Below, in pieces: positions 1-9,443 of a stretch of DNA of 54,668 nt. The stretch is taken from IMG/VR virus record IMGVR_UViG_3300008450_000051, positions 1 through 54,668 of that record. The stretch is one strand, 5' to 3'. How positions within the stretch are numbered: the stretch's first letter is position 1; the number at the start of each line of letters is the position of its first letter. Source of the DNA: a virus (lineage: Duplodnaviria; Caudoviricetes). The notes below the pieces were generated by a model. It had not been told where the DNA came from. It did no database searches and saw nothing but the letters and a program-made list of their open reading frames with translations. Both the position numbers and the translations under genes were made by a program.

Positions 1-98
1 ACATTGAAGATCAGATCACTCCCCCTGTGATTAATCTTCCTCTTCCTTGGGCTCCTCCTACCCCTCCTCCAACACCTAACACACAGGAAAACAATTAA
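1..98 (+). CDS. 3' end of small tail-associated phage protein (partial)
   Basis: Frame from nt 3 reads IEDQITPPVINLPLPWAPPTPPPTPNTQENN*; truncated by the window edge. Confidence 0.6.
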   Translation, partial: IEDQITPPVINLPLPWAPPTPPPTPNTQENN

Positions 99-100
99 TT

Positions 101-373
101 ATGAAAACAATTCAACCTGTAAGTATCTGGTTTAACGGCGAGGTAAAGCAGGCCACTATCCTAGATGCCTATGTTGTTAACCTACAACTAGGGAGCTCTG
201 CAACTTTTTTGTATACGTTAGCAGCGGTAGGTATAGGGCCTATAGCTACTGGTAACATCGTTATGACTGGTACAGACTATCAGAATTGGGATCAGGACTC
301 CTTTGCTTGGGATTGGGTTGCCAATAAGTTAGGGCTCGTCATCACAGGTGATGTGCAAAACCAAGGGGCATAA
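101..373 (+). CDS. hypothetical protein, tail-fibre-associated
   Basis: 90-aa ORF with ATG 2 nt after the previous stop; position downstream of tail-fibre genes. Confidence 0.65.
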   Translation: MKTIQPVSIWFNGEVKQATILDAYVVNLQLGSSATFLYTLAAVGIGPIATGNIVMTGTDYQNWDQDSFAWDWVANKLGLVITGDVQNQGA

Positions 374-399
374 ATTTTCTTAAATAGGATTGTGTTACA

Positions 400-407
400 T
401 ATCTTTG
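400..407 (+). promoter_or_regulatory. Bacteroidota-type -7 promoter element TATCTTTG
   Basis: Matches TAnnTTTG, 16 nt upstream of ORF 424. Confidence 0.45.
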
Positions 408-423
408 TGTAAAATCAATATCT

Positions 424-702
424 ATGTTAGATTTCAACCAAGCATTGAAGGGGTTAGACGGAACAGAAGTAAAGGACATGGACGGATCGTCCATCACCCT
501 TGGTAAGCTTTTGTCTTCCCAGCTCGCTTCTGCAAACAAAGGAGATGCACTGAAAATGTTTACATGGGCACAGAAGTGCTACAGCGGAGAAGCTCTTGAC
601 CTCGATCCGAGTGATGAGTCTACCCTGAAGGACTTCATTAAAAGCAACGAGGCTTTGACCGTACTTGCTAAGGCTCAACTATTAAGTGTATTTAAGTCCT
701 AA
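424..702 (+). CDS. hypothetical protein
   Basis: 92-aa ORF in a tight + strand operon. Confidence 0.7.
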   Translation: MLDFNQALKGLDGTEVKDMDGSSITLGKLLSSQLASANKGDALKMFTWAQKCYSGEALDLDPSDESTLKDFIKSNEALTVLAKAQLLSVFKS

Positions 703-705
703 ACT

Positions 706-960
706 ATGGCGAACAGTCTGGAAAGGGTTAAGTCTTGGTTAAGCCCTATGATTATCTCCGGATTTGGATTTGTACTGTGGAGTCTTCTACAGGAAATTAG
801 ATCAGATGTAAAGTCGCTACTCCAAGCGGAGGCAGCCACCACAATCAAGATCGAGAATCTAGAACGAAGAGTTACGGCAACTGAAACTTTCCTAGCCCAG
901 AACAGACTGTTCGCTATTAAACCAGAAGAAATTGAACTACCTAACCCAACTAGCAAATAA
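706..960 (+). CDS. membrane protein with coiled coil (holin/antiholin-like)
   Basis: One N-terminal TM segment (LSPMIISGFGFVLWSLL) then heptad-like region; next to holin and spanin. Confidence 0.55.
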   Translation: MANSLERVKSWLSPMIISGFGFVLWSLLQEIRSDVKSLLQAEAATTIKIENLERRVTATETFLAQNRLFAIKPEEIELPNPTSK

Positions 961-1129
961 CGTAACTAAGGGGTGGAAATCATCCCTGATCGGTGTGGCG
1001 ATTATTATCGCTGCCCTCGTTAGTGTATTCGCTAAGGATGTGTCTTGGGTAGATGCGACAGTGGCTATCTCAGTTGGCATCGGGCTATTGTTTGCTCCTG
1101 ATGATGCCATCAAGAAAGCCAATAAATGA
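932..1129 (+). CDS. putative holin
   Basis: 65 aa, two hydrophobic segments (WKSSLIGVAIIIAALVSVF; ATVAISVGIGLLFA), basic C-terminus. Confidence 0.65.
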   Translation: MNYLTQLANNVTKGWKSSLIGVAIIIAALVSVFAKDVSWVDATVAISVGIGLLFAPDDAIKKANK

Positions 1130-1665
1130 AATACCTTGTACTGATAACTTGTCTTATAGTAGCCTGCAACCCAGTAAAAAGAGTCCTAAAAGACCCATTA
1201 AAACTGGACGAGGTTGCTCAGGAGGTTATCCGTCGGGGTTATTGTGTCAATGACACTACTGTAATTACAGAGACAAAGGATAGCGTTATCTACCGTGATT
1301 CTATTATAGAGAAGGTAGAGCGTATTCCATGTAAGGATTTTGATACAACCATTGGGCGTGCCCGAATTAAAGTTAGCTCGGGGGTACTAACATACAGCGC
1401 CAAGGATTCAATAGTATATAGAAATAAGGTTACTACTAATACGGTAAGGGATAGGGCATATGAGAGCATATTGCTATATGACGTCCGTATGCTCAAGGAT
1501 ACCCTAGCTAACGAGAGGGCTGCCATGACTACCCTGTCTGCTGAGTACAAAGCCTACAAGCTGGACTCAAGAATTGACCGGGCGAAATTGTGGCTATTGA
1601 TCGTAGCTATTGGGATATTTGCATTAAGAAAACAAATCTCTTCTGTATGGCGCTTTTTCATGTAA
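1126..1665 (+). CDS. putative unimolecular spanin (lipoprotein)
   Basis: N-terminal lipoprotein signal (MKYLVLITCLIVA-C), beta-rich middle, C-terminal TM (LWLLIVAIGIFAL); follows the holin. Confidence 0.6.
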   Translation: MKYLVLITCLIVACNPVKRVLKDPLKLDEVAQEVIRRGYCVNDTTVITETKDSVIYRDSIIEKVERIPCKDFDTTIGRARIKVSSGVLTYSAKDSIVYRNKVTTNTVRDRAYESILLYDVRMLKDTLANERAAMTTLSAEYKAYKLDSRIDRAKLWLLIVAIGIFALRKQISSVWRFFM

Positions 1666-1925
1666 TGGCTGCGAAGGATGGTAAGCACGCTTGGAAGGCT
1701 ACCGGCACCAACCCAAAGACTGGTCGTGAGATGACCTTGAAGGGTGGTGAGGCTAAGCACCGTGGCAAGTGGGGTACAAAGGGTGGTAAGAGCGAAGGTC
1801 AGGTTAAAAGTTTCTTTGCCCGCCACGCCAAGAATGATAGCCCAGTTGCATTTATCAATGCGCTTAATTGGAAGAGAGGAAGCCAGATTGGCAAGAAAGT
1901 TAATATCCCTAATAGTAAGTTCTGA
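1665..1925 (+). CDS. small basic hypothetical protein
   Basis: ATG at 1665 overlaps the spanin stop (TAATG); K/G-rich 86 aa, MAAKDGKH...SFFARH. Confidence 0.6.
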   Translation: MAAKDGKHAWKATGTNPKTGREMTLKGGEAKHRGKWGTKGGKSEGQVKSFFARHAKNDSPVAFINALNWKRGSQIGKKVNIPNSKF

Positions 1926-2617
1926 TGAATATCAATGATGTCCATAAAACAATTCTGTACTTTGTCAACAAGGAGCAGAATGCATTTATCACCCCAGCGG
2001 AGATAGATCTTGTATTGGACAAAGCTCAACTGGTGCTGTTCAATCAGTACCATACAAACCCAAAGTTGCCATCAAATGTGCAGGCTAAGAACTATGGGGA
2101 TTCTCAGCGTATTGATGACGCGCTAAGTGCGTTCAAATCTAAATACACATTCACTAGTTTAACTTCACCATCTGGTGTGGTTACTCTTCCTGCTGATTAT
2201 ATGCATTTGATTTCACTGTTCACTACGGTGTATAATGCGCAGCTCGGGAGAAATGTATACTCTTCTGTTCAGGTAATGAACGAGGAGGAGTTGATTGAGA
2301 GATTAGAGTCTCAGGTAATCCCTGTTACTGCTGATGATCCAATCGCAATTATGAATAGTCAGAATAGAATTCAGCTATTCCCAGAGGCGCCTGCTACTGG
2401 TGGTGTTTATTATTTTAAGAGACCTGCTGTTCCTGTTTTCGGATACACACAGTCTGGTCGTACGATCACATATAATCCTCTTACCTCTACTCAGCTTGAG
2501 TGGAGAGATGCTGACATTATGAATATCATTGTTATTGCACTCTCTTACTACGGGTTGAATATGTCTAGTGAGATGATTGCACAGTTTGCTAATGTTAAAG
2601 AAGTACAAGGTCAATGA
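1925..2617 (+). CDS. virion structural protein (tail ring/adaptor-like)
   Basis: 230 aa, TGATG coupling, 'VTLPADYMHL' motif typical of phage adaptor proteins; first gene of tail module. Confidence 0.6.
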   Translation: MNINDVHKTILYFVNKEQNAFITPAEIDLVLDKAQLVLFNQYHTNPKLPSNVQAKNYGDSQRIDDALSAFKSKYTFTSLTSPSGVVTLPADYMHLISLFTTVYNAQLGRNVYSSVQVMNEEELIERLESQVIPVTADDPIAIMNSQNRIQLFPEAPATGGVYYFKRPAVPVFGYTQSGRTITYNPLTSTQLEWRDADIMNIIVIALSYYGLNMSSEMIAQFANVKEVQGQ

Positions 2618-3234
2618 CAACTAAATATAAAATAGCGGAGCAGGTGCAGCGTTTGCTTAACGGCAATCCTGTTGTTAGTGGTCGTTTCAACCTACATGAA
2701 ATTAAACTTCTTGTAGCGCAGGTAGCGAATCAGTTGTTGAAGGCGGATCACTTCTCTGTTAACATGCCAGAGGGTGATACTATCCCCACTAACTGTATGG
2801 TATACACCTACGACAACGTGCCTGTTACTACATACAAAACTACATTCAGCAAGGCTACACTACCATCCATACCAATTGGTCTTCCAAGAAATATGGGTGT
2901 GCTACATGTATCTAAGATTGATGCAATCGAAGAACCTTTTATCCCGATCCCTACTAGCATGTATGGTATCATCAAGCCACAGGATTTGCTTGGCGAACTG
3001 TCTGGTCTTATTGGGTATGAGGTTGTTGGTAAGGATATCATCTTTACAAAGAATCTACCCGGCATGAGTGTTAACTCGGTATATATTAGATTGGTTGGTG
3101 TTGATCTTAGCACTGTATCTGATTATGAGACGCTGCCATTAACTGCTGATCTAGAGGGACAGATTGTTACGCAGGTATATAACATACTTGTTCAGACTCC
3201 ATCTGGAGAGAATAAATTAGATGAAAGAAAATGA
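2614..3234 (+). CDS. virion structural protein (tail ring-like)
   Basis: 206 aa, translationally coupled, similar layout to neighbours. Confidence 0.55.
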   Translation: MTTKYKIAEQVQRLLNGNPVVSGRFNLHEIKLLVAQVANQLLKADHFSVNMPEGDTIPTNCMVYTYDNVPVTTYKTTFSKATLPSIPIGLPRNMGVLHVSKIDAIEEPFIPIPTSMYGIIKPQDLLGELSGLIGYEVVGKDIIFTKNLPGMSVNSVYIRLVGVDLSTVSDYETLPLTADLEGQIVTQVYNILVQTPSGENKLDERK

Positions 3235-3992
3235 AAGTAAGTACACTAGATAAAATCGTAAGGGGCGCTCTCGCTGACAGGAATTACCCAATGCATTGGT
3301 ATTTACAGTTTATGACCTATGCGGTTTCTTGTCTGCGTGAGTTGAACTTTGATGTGCTTCAAAATATCAAGAGTGTTCGCTTACCAATCAATTCATATAA
3401 GGCTGCCACACTCCCTGTAGACTTCGTGGATTATATCAGGGTCGGTAATGAACTCGGCCAGTACATATATCCTTGGGGGGAGAAGAGAGATTCCTTTAAT
3501 CGTTTAAACAAGTTTGATTCACAAGGAAACAAAATCCCATATGGAGACATCGAAGCAGCCAATGGAATACTTCCTAATAACTGGGAAGGGTTCTGGTATA
3601 CGAATTATATTAACGACAAGGGTGAGCATCTGGGACGTATATTCAATAACATCCCGGGCTTTAGAGAATCCTTTGTTATCCTCAGAGAGCGTGGTGAGAT
3701 CCAACTAGATGTAAGCTACTCTGGGCAGTTTATCGTTATGGATTACATATCTGATGGTATGTTACTTAACGCTTCAAATTCGGTTCATCCTTATGCGATC
3801 GAGACGATCAAGGCATATATATTCTGGAAGATGAAAGAGCATGGTAGACAATTCAATCTTAGCGAAAGACAACTTGCTAAGGATGAGTTCTATAACCAGC
3901 TCCGCATCCTCAGAGCGAGAATGAATACTATTGACACACTGGATATCCGTCGTAGTCTACAAGCTTCGTACGGTCCTGTGATAAAGAATTAA
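3231..3992 (+). CDS. tail tubular/ring protein
   Basis: 253 aa with 'ATLPVDFVDYIRVG' motif; directly precedes the large nozzle-like gene. Confidence 0.6.
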   Translation: MKVSTLDKIVRGALADRNYPMHWYLQFMTYAVSCLRELNFDVLQNIKSVRLPINSYKAATLPVDFVDYIRVGNELGQYIYPWGEKRDSFNRLNKFDSQGNKIPYGDIEAANGILPNNWEGFWYTNYINDKGEHLGRIFNNIPGFRESFVILRERGEIQLDVSYSGQFIVMDYISDGMLLNASNSVHPYAIETIKAYIFWKMKEHGRQFNLSERQLAKDEFYNQLRILRARMNTIDTLDIRRSLQASYGPVIKN

Positions 3993-3994
3993 TA

Positions 3995-6900
3995 ATGCCT
4001 GTAGTTAAAAAAATATTTACCGGGGGAATCAATTCGGACGATGCCTCCTACTTGGTAGATCCTAAGGAATACCTTAACGCCGTCAACGCCAGATTTATTA
4101 CATCTGAAAGCGGAGAGGTGGGTAAGGTTATGCCTGTTGAGGGTACTACACTAAAGGCACAGACAATAAATTCTGTTGGTACTACTATACCATTTGTACT
4201 TCCAGCTGGTACTAATCAGGTGATTGGTGCTGTTGAGGATGCTACAAAAAGAAGAGTGGTATGGTTTGTTTGGAATAGCTTGGGTAGCCATGCTATCTAT
4301 TGCTATGATGCAGACACGGATCGTGTGTATAAGGTATTAGAAGATGTTGATGTAACTGGCGGGTTAAGCTTCCAGCAAACTAAGTTTATACACTCATGTT
4401 CTATTGCATATGGTGTGCTTTATTGGACAGATAATAACTCTCAGCCTAGAAAAATCAACATAGAGGCTGGGATTAAAACACATCATCCAACATTTGTAAC
4501 AATACAAGAACCTTATACAACTCCTTTAAAAGAAACAAATATAACTATAATTAGGCCACAGCCTACATACCCGATGAGCTTTGCTTATGTGGTAGACCTT
4601 AACGTGAATATAGTAACTGATGGGTTTCAGGCTGCATATAGATTTGGTTATAGGGATAAAGAGTATAGCACATTCTCTATGTTATCTAGGGCATCATTGC
4701 CAACTATCGGTCTTAGTGTATTTACTGGATATGTCACATTTACGATACCATTTGCGCAAAAGATAGATCAGGACGTTCAGGTTATAGAAGCAGCTGTAAA
4801 GTTCCCGGGAAGTAAAATGTTCATACAAAAAAAGTGGGATAAAAGTAACCCACTAGATGCAGCTGCTATATTATTACATAATGCTGGCACTACTGCCTTA
4901 TCGTTTAATTTTTATGGCGATTCGGTTGGTATTGCTGTAGATGATGCTACAGCATTTAAAGCATATGACGCAGTACCATTGCTTGCTGCCACAATGGAGG
5001 TAACAAAAGATAGATTATTTTTTGCTAATACAGTAACTGGCTACGATACACCATCGCCAGATTTAGCACCATGGGGATTTAGTGCACAGATAGGTTCGGC
5101 ATTACCAGTACCTATTGACGGTGCTAGGGTAATGAAGTCTGGCTCTACATATAAACTAGGTATAGTCTACTATGACGAATATGGTAGAAGTTCTGGAGTT
5201 GTGGCTGGTCCAACTTTAACTGTTCCTTTTCATGGGGATCAAGGTCCTTGGTATGGCAATTGTTCATGGGCTTTCTCAATAAACGTAGGTGCTGTTATCC
5301 CTTTATGGGCTAAGCAGTTTTCGATTGTTAGAACAAAATCTAAAAAGTGTACTACATTTTTACAATTTAGGCCTAGCGATTTTAAATATATAACAAAGGA
5401 TTCAAATGGAGCTTTTGTTTTTAATACCACTCCGCCTACCAATACAGCAGATGTTTATGGTATTGGATTAAAAGCGTCATCTCTATATAATACAGGGTAT
5501 GGGTATAGTTTTACGGAAGGTGATCTAGCGCAGGTTGCCGGCACTGGCGGCACATTCACACTTAATGTTCTTAATCAATATTCGGATTATATAATTGTAA
5601 AATACAATTCTAGCTTAGGTACTCCAATCCAAGCCGAAATATATACTCCGCTTCCATCAACATCTACTGAATATTATTATGAAGTTGGGCAAAAGTATGA
5701 TGTATTAAATCCGGGTACACCATCAAGAAGTTTTTCTGTTATTACGGGTCCTATATACGGCGATGTTTATTTAAAAAGTAGAACATACGTGTTTGGCGCT
5801 TCTGTTATTACTAAGTATTACGAGGTGATGAATATGTCAGATCAGGATTGGAAAAACTGGTATACTGATGCTGGTAGAGGTGTGACTGAATTGTTTGGCA
5901 AAGTTATAAGACAAAGTACAAACATTTGTTTTAGTGAGCCATATACTATTGGTGTTAACGGACTTAGTTCTTTTAATGCGCTAGATGCTAATATATTGCC
6001 TAATGAATTAGATTCTATACAAAAAATAATCTCTACCTCAAAGTCTGAATCGCAAGGCGGTGTGCTGCTTGTAATAGGAGAAAAAGAAACTGCGTCTCAG
6101 TATGTTGGTGAGACCCAATTATTTGATAATACTGGTTCATCATTCGTAGCCAAGAGTTCGGGGGTACTTGGGAATCTTAATGTGTTAAAGGGTTCGTACG
6201 GTACGCTACATCCAGAGAGTGTCTTTGGATTTGGTGAAGAGGTGGTATTCTTTGATGTTAATAAGGGTAGTGTTGTTAGATATAGCGTGAATGGATTAAC
6301 GCCAATCTCTGACAATAAGATGCGTAAGTACTGGAGAAAGGTAGGTCAGGATATTATGGGGTACTATAAAGACCCTACGGTGCACAACCAGATGAATCCT
6401 AATATGCCTATGAAGGTATTGGGTATGGTTGACCCATTCAATAATGAATACCTGATGTATACGCCTAATATGAGTACAACCTCTAAGGCTGGCTACATTC
6501 AGGATGTAAACAACATATGTACGTTGTATAATTATACCTTCCCAGTTGGCGCTACTAGTATGCTGTACACACTCCCTCTTGTACCCGGTACAATGTATTA
6601 CTTCGATACCCTTTGGAGAGAAACTACTGTAACATACAATGGGCAGGATCTTTTTACAAATCCATATTTCATCGCTGTACCCGGTGTTAATCAAATACTT
6701 ATATCATCGCCGACTCAGTTTAGTGGTGACTTTACCCTATGCGATGTAATGAAATCATATTACGATACCTATGATGGTAATGGCGGTATTGTAAGCTTTA
6801 GTGTTGACATAGACAAATGGGTAACCAAGTATAGCTATATACCAGAGTGGATGTGCAACATTGTAAACAGACTAGCTTCGTTTAAGAATGGTAATCTGTA

Positions 6901-7303
6901 CATACACAATGGCGCGTATAACTCGTTCTATGGTAGCGCTGCTGATACGATCATGGTTGGTATGCATAATGATAACGGCAACAGTATCAAGGTTTATGAT
7001 AGCGTGGCATTAGAGGGTGACTCTCCAAGAATGGTTCACTTCAGAACTGAAGATCCTAATGTGCAGAGTACCAATCTGTTATCTAGTGAACTAGTCGATA
7101 AGGAGGGTGTGAAATATTCGCCAATACTAAGAGACAGGCTTAGCCCTAATGTGACTGGCACTTACGATCAGAAGATGTGGAAGGGTGATAAGCTTCGTGG
7201 TGAGGTTTGTAAGTTCACGGTTATCTATAGTCCTGCTGGTAATGCCACAGAACTAGAGTTTGTGAACATAGGATTTAACAGTAGCAATGGACAAACTGTG
7301 TAA
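3995..7303 (+). CDS. tail stabilisation/nozzle protein (P22 gp10 / crAss muzzle-like)
   Basis: 1102 aa beta-rich; N-terminal 'FTGGINSD...YLNAVNAR', 'YKLGIVYYDEYGRSS', 'YGTLHPES', C-terminal 'GDKLRG' resemble Bacteroidota podophage stabilisation proteins. Confidence 0.7.
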   Translation: MPVVKKIFTGGINSDDASYLVDPKEYLNAVNARFITSESGEVGKVMPVEGTTLKAQTINSVGTTIPFVLPAGTNQVIGAVEDATKRRVVWFVWNSLGSHAIYCYDADTDRVYKVLEDVDVTGGLSFQQTKFIHSCSIAYGVLYWTDNNSQPRKINIEAGIKTHHPTFVTIQEPYTTPLKETNITIIRPQPTYPMSFAYVVDLNVNIVTDGFQAAYRFGYRDKEYSTFSMLSRASLPTIGLSVFTGYVTFTIPFAQKIDQDVQVIEAAVKFPGSKMFIQKKWDKSNPLDAAAILLHNAGTTALSFNFYGDSVGIAVDDATAFKAYDAVPLLAATMEVTKDRLFFANTVTGYDTPSPDLAPWGFSAQIGSALPVPIDGARVMKSGSTYKLGIVYYDEYGRSSGVVAGPTLTVPFHGDQGPWYGNCSWAFSINVGAVIPLWAKQFSIVRTKSKKCTTFLQFRPSDFKYITKDSNGAFVFNTTPPTNTADVYGIGLKASSLYNTGYGYSFTEGDLAQVAGTGGTFTLNVLNQYSDYIIVKYNSSLGTPIQAEIYTPLPSTSTEYYYEVGQKYDVLNPGTPSRSFSVITGPIYGDVYLKSRTYVFGASVITKYYEVMNMSDQDWKNWYTDAGRGVTELFGKVIRQSTNICFSEPYTIGVNGLSSFNALDANILPNELDSIQKIISTSKSESQGGVLLVIGEKETASQYVGETQLFDNTGSSFVAKSSGVLGNLNVLKGSYGTLHPESVFGFGEEVVFFDVNKGSVVRYSVNGLTPISDNKMRKYWRKVGQDIMGYYKDPTVHNQMNPNMPMKVLGMVDPFNNEYLMYTPNMSTTSKAGYIQDVNNICTLYNYTFPVGATSMLYTLPLVPGTMYYFDTLWRETTVTYNGQDLFTNPYFIAVPGVNQILISSPTQFSGDFTLCDVMKSYYDTYDGNGGIVSFSVDIDKWVTKYSYIPEWMCNIVNRLASFKNGNLYIHNGAYNSFYGSAADTIMVGMHNDNGNSIKVYDSVALEGDSPRMVHFRTEDPNVQSTNLLSSELVDKEGVKYSPILRDRLSPNVTGTYDQKMWKGDKLRGEVCKFTVIYSPAGNATELEFVNIGFNSSNGQTV

Positions 7304-7366
7304 AAATATATGCTGGTTTATCCATTAAAATACAATATATTAACGAAATTTGCAAATACTTAGATT

Positions 7367-8062
7367 ATGGGTTTAGAACAAATTTTAACTAAAGCGACTC
7401 CAGTAGGGCTTGGAGTTGGGTTAGCTTCAAATTTAGCTCAAGGGGTCTTTGGTATATTCCAAGGCGCCAAGATGTTAAAAGAGGCTAAGAAAATTAAACC
7501 CGTATGGGAGCAATATAAAACAAGCCCATACGCCTCCGCTGCTTTAGGATTAGCGCAGACAACTATGGGTGCTAGAAACCCAGCCAAAGCAGCACTTGAA
7601 AAACAAATGCTTGCAACTCAGGCTAACATTCTAGCCTCTGGTCAAAGAGCTGGTTTAACTCCAACTCAACAGGCACAGATGGCGCTTTCATCCCAAGGCC
7701 AGATGGAGCAGGGTATTGAGAAGCTCGGGGGGATGGATATGGCCTTTCAACAGCAGAACAGAGCTGACTTATATAGAGCATTGGATGCGATGACTGGTGA
7801 GGAAAGGATGAAGTTCCAGTCTATGGCCATGAAATTCGATAGAGATCAAGCACAGAGAAACGCTCTTAGAAGTGCTGGTCAGCAAAATATTACTGGGGCT
7901 ATAGGAAGAATTGGGGCTGCGGGATATGGAACAGCTAGATTAGGTAATCCAAATTTATTTGGTAGTGGTAATTCAGAAAAATCGAGTGGTTGGGGATTTT
8001 CTGATTTCATGAGTTCAGTGTTAGGAAGTGGCAGTCAAAGACCAAGCCCTTGGGGTGATTAA
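7367..8062 (+). CDS. putative internal virion/ejection protein
   Basis: 231 aa A/G/Q-rich, hydrophobic glycine-rich N-terminus; position after nozzle gene. Confidence 0.55.
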   Translation: MGLEQILTKATPVGLGVGLASNLAQGVFGIFQGAKMLKEAKKIKPVWEQYKTSPYASAALGLAQTTMGARNPAKAALEKQMLATQANILASGQRAGLTPTQQAQMALSSQGQMEQGIEKLGGMDMAFQQQNRADLYRALDAMTGEERMKFQSMAMKFDRDQAQRNALRSAGQQNITGAIGRIGAAGYGTARLGNPNLFGSGNSEKSSGWGFSDFMSSVLGSGSQRPSPWGD

Positions 8063-8071
8063 ATAAAAGAA

Positions 8072-9433
8072 ATGGCAGAGATAAGACCCATACAATTCGA
8101 AACAGAATCACTCCAAATGCTATCAGCTCTTGGTGACATCCAAGAGAAGAGAGAGATTCTTGAGCGTCAAAGAATGCAGGAAGAGATCAAGCAGAAGCGT
8201 GAGCTAATGGATATGATCGATCCAATGACGCTTAGTAAGGATTTAGAATCAGAGGTGGTTAACGCAAGAATGGGTCAGCTTAAAGATGGTATTGCCTCTT
8301 TCATAAAGAACAATCCTAACCATAGCAGTGATGAACTTAGATATGAGATACAGAAAAACTTATCTGATTTAGCTCAATGGAATGCAAAGGTTAAAACAAT
8401 CAAGGCAAATATTGATAAAGCATTTCAAGCAATGCCACAGGATAAGACTGTTAACAAGTCTGCTTGGAGGAGCGCTGCTATATCAAGAGCTTTGTACAAT
8501 CCTAATACTCGTTCATTAAAGAACATTGATGAGCTTGATGATCAGTATGATTTTGTTTCTGATGTATGGAATAATAGAGGTGATGTTTTAATCAATATGG
8601 ATGAGGTTGGCGCTGAACTAAAGAAGAGAATTAAAGACCAGCCACTGGTAAAGATGGATGTCACAGTTACTAAGCCAGTTGGAAAGGTTAAAAAGACTGT
8701 ACAAGAAAGAATCGAAATCCCATCGTTTGCTACTTGGGATTCTGTTAAGAATAAGATTGTATTAAGGACTGATAAGAATGGTGATTTAGATCAGGATGTA
8801 TATACTGATTTTATTGGTCAGCCCGGGTCTGCCAATGATAAATTCGTTAGTAGAAAGGCAAAGGACTTGATCCTGTCAGGGAACGCTGGTGTTAAACCAG
8901 AGGATGTATTCAACCCAGATGGATCTGTTAAGGATGAAGATGCATACCTTAAAGCTAAGAAGAAATGGGCTGGTAGTTATCTATATAATAACTCTCCTAT
9001 CACACGTATAGAAAAAGATATTACTCAGCCAGCAAGAGTAACTGTAGTTACACCGGGTCAGGAAGCTGCTAAGTCTGGTTTAGATTGGATGAATAGAATG
9101 GATAAAGCTATTCAATCAAAAGATACTAATGAAGTAAAAGGCTTAATCCAGTCATTCTATGGTGGAAGCGGCAAGTCTGTACAAACTTCAGATGTTATTG
9201 GGAACAAAGTTGTAGTATCATACCAAGGTCCAAGGGATACAAGAGATTTAATAAAAGTAGGGGATAAGATGGTATGGAATCCAAATTATGGCAAGTCTTC
9301 AACTGAGAAAATTGAGATTGATATAAATGACCCTAATGCCATACGTAAAATGGCTGGACTATACCAAACTGTTATGGGTGCAGATAAGTTGGTTGAAGGA
9401 TTTGTTGTAAACAGAAAGACTAAATTACCATAA
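8072..9433 (+). CDS. putative internal virion/ejection protein
   Basis: 453 aa, helical/charged, between ejection-like genes. Confidence 0.5.
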   Translation: MAEIRPIQFETESLQMLSALGDIQEKREILERQRMQEEIKQKRELMDMIDPMTLSKDLESEVVNARMGQLKDGIASFIKNNPNHSSDELRYEIQKNLSDLAQWNAKVKTIKANIDKAFQAMPQDKTVNKSAWRSAAISRALYNPNTRSLKNIDELDDQYDFVSDVWNNRGDVLINMDEVGAELKKRIKDQPLVKMDVTVTKPVGKVKKTVQERIEIPSFATWDSVKNKIVLRTDKNGDLDQDVYTDFIGQPGSANDKFVSRKAKDLILSGNAGVKPEDVFNPDGSVKDEDAYLKAKKKWAGSYLYNNSPITRIEKDITQPARVTVVTPGQEAAKSGLDWMNRMDKAIQSKDTNEVKGLIQSFYGGSGKSVQTSDVIGNKVVVSYQGPRDTRDLIKVGDKMVWNPNYGKSSTEKIEIDINDPNAIRKMAGLYQTVMGADKLVEGFVVNRKTKLP

Positions 9434-9443
9434 ATAGATATTA